From assembly GCA_951406725.2 (NCBI GenBank), contig OX597840.1, positions 8,432,001-8,496,000 of the forward strand: a DNA stretch of 64,000 nt, written 5' to 3'. Positions 37,601 to 46,400 of this stretch are shown here, piece by piece (the stretch's first letter is position 1; each line of letters starts with the position of its first letter). The notes beneath the pieces were generated by a model that saw nothing but the letters and a program-made list of their open reading frames with translations, was not told where the DNA came from and made no database searches. The stretch is from Octopus vulgaris. Its lineage: Eukaryota. Both the position numbers and the translations under genes were made by a program.

Positions 37601-39091
37601 GGTTTCCAATCACCTGTAATTGTTTCTCTAGGGGTAATGTGACACCTATCTGATTACAATCCCATCGACATATATCTGTAGCTGTCGATGGCAGAGATAA
37701 TCTAGACACAATCTCTCCTTCGTTAGAAATGTATAACAAGCAATCACTGTTTATGTCAGATACCACCAGCTGTCCATTTACTAGATAGCATATTTCGACA
37801 ATCAGAGTTTTTTTGTCATTCTCTTTTTCTTTAAGTCGTATATTCAGGTTTCTTATGTAAGGAGTTTTTATGTGTAAATGACAGCTGGACTGGTCATAAT
37901 ACTCGTAAAGAAGAACCCTGTTGTGTTCAATGTCCGGCACGTAAACAGTTCCTTGGAAAATAGCAATGTGAGGGTGAACAGGGAAAGGTAGCTTCCATTG
38001 CCATTTAATTTCTCCATGTATATTATAACATATCACAACAGACTCTTTTTTGAAGAAAACATAAAAATAAATATTGTCCGAGTGGATGTGATGGGGGTAG
38101 CCGTAGAATTGAAGGTATTTTTCAAAAAGTTTTTCACTAGATGCGGAATAAAATACCAGTTTATTTTTCTTTCTGTCTAGGACTACAAAATTAATTGGAG
38201 TTGCAGCAATGGTAACATTATCATGTTCCAGAGAAATTCTTTCAATGATATCAACTTTGTCTTCCTTAATCAATAGAATATGTATCTCCTGTTTATTATC
38301 ACTGGTAGTCAGAGCTAAACACCTGTTTGATACCATATGACATATTTTAATATAATCAGAGTGACCTTTATTAAAGGGCCTTTGTTTAGTTCAGGACATG
38401 TGATATACTGAAGTCTTTTCATTTCACGATGAAAGACCAGAAAGCTGTTTGAGTTCAGTCTACAAATTATAGAAGGAGAGAAATCAAAAGTTAAATTATT
38501 TTGGCTAATTTTCCCTCCAATATCGGTGAAAAATATAACTTTTATATTCTTGTAGATGATCAGTATAGAAGATGTTGTCATAGGTAGAATATTTGTGATA
38601 TTGTTGCAATCCTCAGTATAGATATAGTTGTTCAAACTATGGCTATGTAGCTGATGGCTGTATGACAACCTGGACCAGAAGTCTTTGTTTGTCTTAATAG
38701 TATGAGGAAAACACAAATAATCAATCAAGAAAATGGTATCTTTGCCAACAGAAATATACCGACATCTCCTGCCAATTTCTCTCTTTGAAACAGCACCTGT
38801 AGCTGAAATTCTGTAAATAATATGTCCCTGGAGGACATAAAAATGGTTTTGATACACAGCGATGTTGGTTGGAAGGTCCAGAGAATGAACCTCTACCTCA
38901 AATAACTGCTGGCCATTGAGATTGTAACAAATAACTCTGTTAATATTGGTAAAGGATATTAACAGATTATTCTGTGATCCTACAGCAATATCTGCTGGTA
39001 ACTCTTTCGCAATGAATTGTTCGATAATTTCATTATCATCCCAGTCAACAAGGTATATGGTTTTACCAAACATTTCTACACCTATAAATGT
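34646..39091 (-). pseudogene. 5'-truncated, twice-frameshifted paralog of the multi-beta-propeller gene
   Basis: ORFs 38315-39154, 37344-38336 and 34646-37387 align to aa ~450-1935 of the 43494-49301 protein; 1-bp deletion at ~38361 and 1-bp T insertion at ~37371. Confidence 0.88.
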
Positions 39092-39324
39092 ACAACTTTT
39101 GAATAAAGAGTTATTGAACTCAAATATAAGAATACAAAATTGGTTGAAGTACATCAGATAATGGGACCTTTCATAGCTTTAAACAATAAACGGCAAACAT
39201 GTTACTCAGGGACACCATCTGCATTAAGATTCATAGCCTAGTCACTTGTTACCATAAATAACGTTGTCAGAATTATAAAATCTACATATATGGATGTGTG
39301 TGTGTCTATATATATATATATATA

Positions 39325-39600
39325 TCATCATCATCATCATCATCATCGTTTAGCGTCCGCTTTCCATGCTAGCATGGGTTGGACGGGTCAACTGGGGTCT
39401 GTGAAGCTGGAAGGCTTCGTCAGGCCCAGTCAGATCTGGCAGTGTTTCTACGGCTGGATGCCCTTCCTAACGCCAACCACTCCGCGAGTGTAGTGGGTGT
39501 TTTTTACGTGCCACCTGCACAGGTGCCAGACAGAGCTGGCGAACGGCCACGAACGGATGGTGCTTTTACGTGTCACTGGCACGGGGCCAGGCGATGCTGG

Positions 39601-39603
<3 letters not shown>
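39325..39603 (-). mobile_element. RTE 3'-UTR fragment with (GAT)n tail
   Basis: Matches 58197-58480. Confidence 0.85.
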
Positions 39604-39630
<27 letters not shown>

Positions 39631-39637
<7 letters not shown>

Positions 39638-40000
39638 TAGAAAAAAACCACCTTAATAATTAAATTACACCATCTAGAAAATTATATATAATAGAAAAGT
39701 TAAAATTAAAAGAACAATTAATAAGTAAAGATTAAGTAAATTACAAAAATAATATAATGTGTATAATAGGTATTATATATAATACCTATTATATACATTA
39801 TATTATTTTTGTAATTTACTTAATCTTTAACTTTTCTATTATATGTAATTTTCTAGATGGTGTAATTTAATTATTCATTTTGAATTGATAAAAGGTGTTT
39901 TTTCCTAATTTTTTTATATATATTATTTGTGGAATTTGATTTAGTATTTCTTAGTTGAATTCTATTTCCTTGTAAGTTTGGATTTTATTCCTTCAAATAA

Positions 40001-40005
<5 letters not shown>
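39631..40005. repeat. Long AT-rich palindrome (Penelope-like foldback remnant)
   Basis: Arms ~39655-39776 and ~39781-39875 are reverse complements apart from an indel; the 3' end resembles 8128-8168. Confidence 0.7.
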
Positions 40006-40049
<44 letters not shown>

Positions 40050-40052
<3 letters not shown>

Positions 40053-40435
40053 TTATATAAAATCTGTTCTGTCTGTGTGTGTGTGTCTTCTAGGATCTCG
40101 GACATCCTCCATCCAATTGCGCTCAAATTTGATATGTAGATACCAACGGTATCAGGGCGTGTATAAGTCTTGAAAAAATTACAAAAATCGATTCCAGGTG
40201 AGAATGCGATCGATAAAGCCGTGGGAACGTGCCTTTGTAAAATCGTTTTTCTTGGAATAGAAGAAAAGTCCATCTATATTTCTTCTTTTGCTGGTGTCTC
40301 AAATTTAGGTTAAATCAGTGTTTCTCAAAGGGGAGGCCTTTGGGACGGTTGGACAAGTTGTTTTGAGAAAATTTGGTTTAAATGTTTGACAACTCAGCAC
40401 TGTCTATTGGACGGGGGCGGGGACGCGTTTTGCTC

Positions 40436-40438
<3 letters not shown>
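40050..40438 (+). mobile_element. Probable non-autonomous Helitron-like element
   Basis: Starts tatataaaatctgttctgtctgtgtgtg, like the other Helitron 5' ends; GC-rich 3' end with degenerate CTCGT. Confidence 0.4.
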
Positions 40439-40476
<38 letters not shown>

Positions 40477-40658
40477 ATCATCATCGTTTAACGTCTGTTT
40501 TGCATGTTGGCATGGGATGGAGGGTTCAGTCATTTTACTGCAGCCATGCTGGAGCACCACCCTTAAAGGGTTATTAGTTGAAGAAATTGAGCCCAGGGCT
40601 TATTCTTTGTAAGCCTAGTACTTTTTCCATTGGTGTCTTTTGCCAAACTGCTAAGTTA

Positions 40659-40737
<79 letters not shown>

Positions 40738-40770
40738 TTTATTTAAAGCGGCAGAAAATTCAACAAAACC

Positions 40771-40806
40771 TGTTACTCTGAGTTTCCCGTTGCCGTTCCT
40801 CGGACA
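40771..40806 (-). ncRNA. Degenerate minimal hammerhead motif (core mutated)
   Basis: Minus: tgt-CCGAGGA-acg(gcaa)cgg-GAAAC-tcaga-GTA-aca; U4 is changed to C and stem II is imperfect. Confidence 0.45.
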
Positions 40807-40902
40807 ATTTTTGCTAGAAAATCTTTAAATAAAGCATATTACTCTACCACTGGTATTTGAGTACTCTTTTTCCACCTTGTTACACATTTATGTGCTTACT
40901 CC

Positions 40903-40957
<55 letters not shown>

Positions 40958-41167
40958 GTATGTACGTGTATGTATATATATATGTATATGTATGTATGTG
41001 TATGTATATATATGTATGTATGTATATGTATATGTGTATACATATATATGTATGTATATGTATGTGTGTATACAGATATATGTATGTATGTGTATATATG
41101 TATGTGTATATATATATGTATGTATGTGTATATGTGTATGTATGTGTGTATATATATATGTATGTAT

Positions 41168-41209
<42 letters not shown>

Positions 41210-41361
41210 TGATAATTTTCTCATTAATTCCGAAATTGAATCGGCAGTTTATATTTGCTGCCGATAAGTTGGCGCGAGTACGATGATTTTGAAAATTTTA
41301 GGTCAGATATTACCTAGGCATGGAGGTAGCTGCCTCGTGTAATTTCTGTCCCTTCTGGCTC

Positions 41362-41472
41362 CTTTACTGATGAGCGTGTTGGCCTTTTGGAAGATTGACT
41401 TGATTAAGTTTAATTTAATTTAATCAGGCTGGTTTACCATTAAAAACCGCCGAAACAATGCATTGTCTAAAG
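41362..41472 (+). ncRNA. Type I hammerhead ribozyme with extended stem II
   Basis: cttta-CTGATGA-gcg...(78 nt, internal cttgattaa/ttaatcagg hairpin)...cgcc-GAAAC-aatgcatt-GTC-taaag; perfect palindromic stem III acaatgcattgt. Confidence 0.72.
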
Positions 41473-41940
41473 AAGAACAGGGTCAATGTTTTTTTAATTT
41501 TTACTTAGATTTCGGAATTACTACTATTTGCGGTTGGAGTCCTGGCTGCTATTTTTAGTGGGTCGAACGGCCTATTGTAGCCGTTCCTCAATTGTTGTTG
41601 TATATATATATATATATATATATACTAAATATAGGGGTTTAGTTCACAGGTGATATAAACGATTAATTATACTATTTAAGTACTGTAAGGGATTACTGGG
41701 ACTTCAAGGTTATATATACACATATATACATACACAAACAAAATATGGGGGTTTATTTCACAGGTGATCTAAATGATTAGGCACGGTAGGTAAGTGCTTT
41801 AACGGATTGCTAGGGCTATAAGGTTACAGCTGAGACAGTACTTATGGAGCCGTTGAAGATTTCTGATATAGCGGGTATTTAATGGTTAAAGAGAACAGCA
41901 AGCATTAAGGCCAGGCAAATATCTCAAGTCATGCATGTCA

Positions 41941-42145
41941 TTACTCTTTTACTCTTTTACTTGTTTCAGTCCTTTGACTGTGGCCGTGCTGGAGCAACCG
42001 CCTTTAGTCGAGCAAATCGACCCCAGGACTTATTCTTTGTAAGCCCAGTACTTATTCTATTGGTCTCTTTTGCCGAACCGTTAAGTGACGGGGACGTAAA
42101 CATACCAGCATCGGTTGTCAAGCAATGCTAGGGGGACAAACACAT

Positions 42146-42228
<83 letters not shown>

Positions 42229-42383
42229 TACGACAGGCTTCTTTCAGTTTCCATCTACCAAATCCACTCACAAGGCATTGGTCGGCCCGGGGCTATAGCA
42301 GAAGACACTTGCCCAAGATGCCACGCAGTGGGACTGAACCCGGAACCATGTTGTTGGTTAGCAGCTACTTACCACACAGCCAC
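41941..42383 (-). mobile_element. SINE family A
   Basis: Paralog of 32323-32778. Confidence 0.85.
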
Positions 42384-42401
42384 GGAAAAAATATATTCAA
42401 A

Positions 42402-42457
42402 GTCTTACAGCTGTTTCTGATAAATCCCAGAGTATGGGATGTTCCATCATCAGAGAC
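42402..42457 (-). ncRNA. Type I hammerhead ribozyme downstream of the intact gene, in sense orientation
   Basis: Minus: gtct-CTGATGA-tggaac-atccca(tactc)tgggat-ttatca-GAAAC-agct-GTA-agac; predicted cleavage between 42406 and 42405. Confidence 0.82.
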
Positions 42458-43047
42458 AAATAGGGAAAATGAGAAGGGTATACACACTCACACACAAATG
42501 TAGTTTAAAGAAGGTCGTTGTGTAAGACTGGAAGAAGGCGAAAAGTTACAATGTAAACAGCAAAGAGAAAGGAAACAGAACAAAGGTGTTTATCTTGATT
42601 TTCAATATTCCTGGGGTGAAGACGCCTTCTTCAGGATAAAGTGGTAGTTGGAAAAGGTCTTTGCTGAGATTGTGTGTTTGAGAGGGAGACAGGGATGAAA
42701 CGTATGTAAGGTATGTAAAAATTGAATACAAGTTTTCTCTTTATCAAAACAATTTATTTTTCAATAATTAACTTAATACATCGTTAGCACTTATTTATAA
42801 AAAAATATTCACATTTTTAAGTATCATTACATCATATATTTAAATAATTTAAATAAATTTATTTTAATAAGATTTGACTGCTATTTTTAGCAGATGTAGC
42901 TACTATGTAACGTCATTAACTCACAAACTCGTAGAGTGCATTGAAGAATGTTACAACAATAATTGTTAGTGTAGAGAATACAAAGTAAGTGAAGCAGGTT
43001 CAATTCCTAAGTGAAGCCAGTAACAATAGCAACAACAGACCTTAATA

Positions 43048-43478
43048 TTGGGCTGTCCAGAAAGTTCTTGCCGAATTTTAAAGAAAAAAGGTCAATAAAT
43101 ATTTGCCATTACATCTTTAATTAACCACATGTGAACCATTTTGTTGCACAATGTGTCTCTGTCTTTCCTTTAACTTGAAAATACCCTCTTCCCAGAATTG
43201 AAAGGGTTTCATGGCAAAGAATTCATCAAGGTATCTTTTTACGTCATCAAAGGAATTGAAACTTTTATCATTAAGACTATTCTGCAAACACCTGAATAAG
43301 TGGAAATCCGAAGGAGCAATATCTGGTGAATATGGAGCTTTTTATGTGCCACTGGCACGGAGGCCAGGCGAGGCTGGCAACGGCCACAATCGGATGGTGC
43401 ATTTTGCGAAGACCATGTTCTAAAATAAGTCGAAAGGTAAGCTACTATAAATCGGCATGAACTTTCCGGACAACCCAA
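43048..43478 (-). mobile_element. Internally deleted mariner with both TIRs
   Basis: TA-flanked TIRs; paralog of 33760-34630 with a further internal deletion. Confidence 0.88.
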
Positions 43479-43493
43479 TATTTATGAGAACGT

Positions 43494-46400
43494 TTATCTT
43501 TCATAATGGAAGAAAGCAAAAGACTGACGTCCTGCAATAATTCCAAAAACCATGAAAGAATTGTCTGAAATATCAAAACCAAGCACTTGGAAGACTTCAT
43601 TGTCATCGTCCCTGAGTAATAAGTATTTATGAATATCTTCTGATGTTTGGTGTGGAATATGTCCAGGTATTTGATAAATATTGTTAAGCCTGTCTGTTAC
43701 ATAAACATAGTCACCAAGTGTGGTTAGACAGGGTCTGTGTTTAAAATTCAGGTAATTTGTACATTTTGGCAGGCATATACTATTGACTAACGATTTTTCC
43801 CTGTACCACAAGACAACGACATCCTGACTATCATTCTCCCACTTCACAACAACAACATCACCACTAGATGTCACTGCTATATCCAACACACCCAATCCTA
43901 CCTCCTCCCTCATCAGCATCCACATCCACACACCCACCTCCTCCCACTCCCGCATCTTCACCTCACTATACATTTCATTCTTACGTTCACACGTCCCATT
44001 ATCAATATCAATATCAAGTACATCTACATAGACACAGAAACTTTCCCTACTAGAAGAAATACCACCACACACCAGTTGATTCTCATTGTATTTACAAATC
44101 CTGTTGTAGTATTTCTCAGTGTTGATGATTTTTAAACGGCAGAGATCCCTGTTAAAGACCACCAGTCGTTTATCATAGACGACTATGAAACGTTTATTTG
44201 TCCACCGACATATATCTAGTGGTGATGGTTGTGGTAGTTGTTTATGCTGAAGTATGTCACCTGTTGTTGTGCAGATTAATGTAACTGTGTCTCTAAACAT
44301 GAACACACTGAAATTGTCATACAACTTAATTAATTTACTACGGTTACTGTCAAAATCATAAAGATAATTAACAGGTTCTTCCACCGTAGGAATGGAAAGA
44401 GGAACCACTGCTGTTCTATATGGCAGTTTCTTCACTGATACTTCCTGAATTCCTGACATACTCTCCGCTATGTAATTACCACATCGCACCTTTAATCTCA
44501 CTTTACTACTTATTTCATTTGATTTACCTTTTCTTCCTTCTCCATCTCCCCGACTCTGTTCCAGATTATTAATCAATTCAATACTGAATATTTTTTTGTT
44601 CATCTGAGATGTAATGGAAGGGAAATGAAGACCTGAATCAAGATTTAATATCGACGAAGATTCCAGAATGTTCACTTGGTCCCCATCAATCTTTATGCGA
44701 TGATATTCAATCAGGTTAATATGGACACACCAATAAATATTTGCCTCTGTTCTCCATATTACACCATAAGGTACGTGACTTTGCCAAACTTTATATTTCT
44801 CCAGATCTTGTTGCTTCAGTTGAAATATTTCTTGTCGTTCAGGAATTGTAACCATTATGTCACTATCTCCTGTAAAACACACACCACCAACTAAACTTCT
44901 AACATCTTTGTGACAAAGCATCTGCCCATCTCTATCAAATATTTTAACAATTCCATTATTGGCTTTCTCACACACGATCGTTTTTCCTTCATCAGAGATA
45001 TCAATGTCTTTTACTTGAACAGGACATTTGTCTGTTAGCAAACGAGTAACGGGGAAGATTTCTCGCTTAACTTGAAACAAACCTTCAACATACAATTTAT
45101 TTATGTTTGAACAGCTTCCAACAAACCTTGGTCCTTTACAGTTTATGCTAGTGAAATTTACTTCATCTTTATAAATTCTGTCATTCAAAAATCTTCTGCT
45201 GTATTCACCAGTTTGTGTGAAACACAAAATGTTATTATATTTGTTGCCACCAAAATATCTTTCCCACTGACCATGGACATACAAATAACAGTTATCAGTT
45301 GTCATGGTGTTAGAAATACTGGAATAATCCATATAGTGTCTAATTGAATGTAGATGTTCACCATCAGTGTTGAAGAAATCAAAGTACCTGTTATTGTTGA
45401 CAATGATCACATCATTAGCATCAGTTATAATATCATGGACGCTATCTATGTGTCCCTCTAATAATATCCTACCTGCATCCAATTTTTTTATTATATTCAC
45501 AGTCAAAAATACTTCATCAATTTCAATGACATACAAAGTACCTGCTTCTCCCCGTCTACGACACGCCAGTTGATTGTTTGACAAAGAAGCGATAAATTCA
45601 TATACATTTTCAGTCTGGTAAATTGTCAACGACAATGGAAATTCCACTTTTAATGTCAACAGTTGGAATTTAGTCGTAATAATCAGTGTATTTGACTGCC
45701 ATCGACACATATTTATATCGGACTTAAACTCGGAACTAACTCCCAACTTGATAAAGTCCAGAAGTTGACCGTCAAATGTCAATATCTTAATGTTTCTATT
45801 TTCACTGTCATACACTGCTATCAGGTTATTTTCAGTAATAACCAGACAATCAATCCTTACTAATTTTTCATCTCCAAAACCTGGAGGGACAATAACGTGT
45901 CTAGCTTTATCAGAAACTGTCATATCCTGTACATATAATGTAGAAGACCACATCTCACCGACACATATGTTTCTAGAAAATACATCTAGCAGGTCGATGT
46001 ACAAGATAAGTTGATTATTCATGATGTGGTCTCTCCCCACCAAGTTATGGTCATTTATAGCAAGCACACGGCTGTTGCCTATCAGATACACAAACATTTT
46101 ATCAATACATCCTCCAGAGAAATTATGGGAGTGTTTCACTCCGGACAGGAAATCCCTGGGGATCATCTTAATACTGTTTCTATAACTATGGCCAACACTA
46201 TCAATAGAAGTGTTGTACTGAAATACTTTATTCCTAGTAACAATTAATAGCTTTAGAGTTTTATTTTCTATTTCTAATGATTTTACTACAAAAGGGATAT
46301 TAATTCTACGAATCATTTCAACCTGATTATAATTTTTAATGGCTAAAATATCTAATTGAGATGGTTTATCAGAATAACAAACGATGTGACCGTTACCCAG

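Larger units (their letters stand above)
31997..39091. repeat. Tandem segmental duplication of the gene 3' part plus downstream flank, paralog of ~41620-47951
   Basis: ctaaatataggggtttag at ~32007 and ~41625; colinear through SINE, hammerhead, mariner and CDS; homology ends at cctataaatgta (~39091 / ~47951). Confidence 0.93.

Noticed and set aside
37344-38365. Programmed or compensating frameshifts in the paralog
   Set aside because: The -1 and +1 indels are ~1 kb apart with a stop at 38315 between them; decay or sequencing error is simpler.
42588-42640. Second hammerhead-like CTGAAGA...GAAA on the minus strand
   Set aside because: No convincing stem II and no NUH cleavage triplet with stem III.
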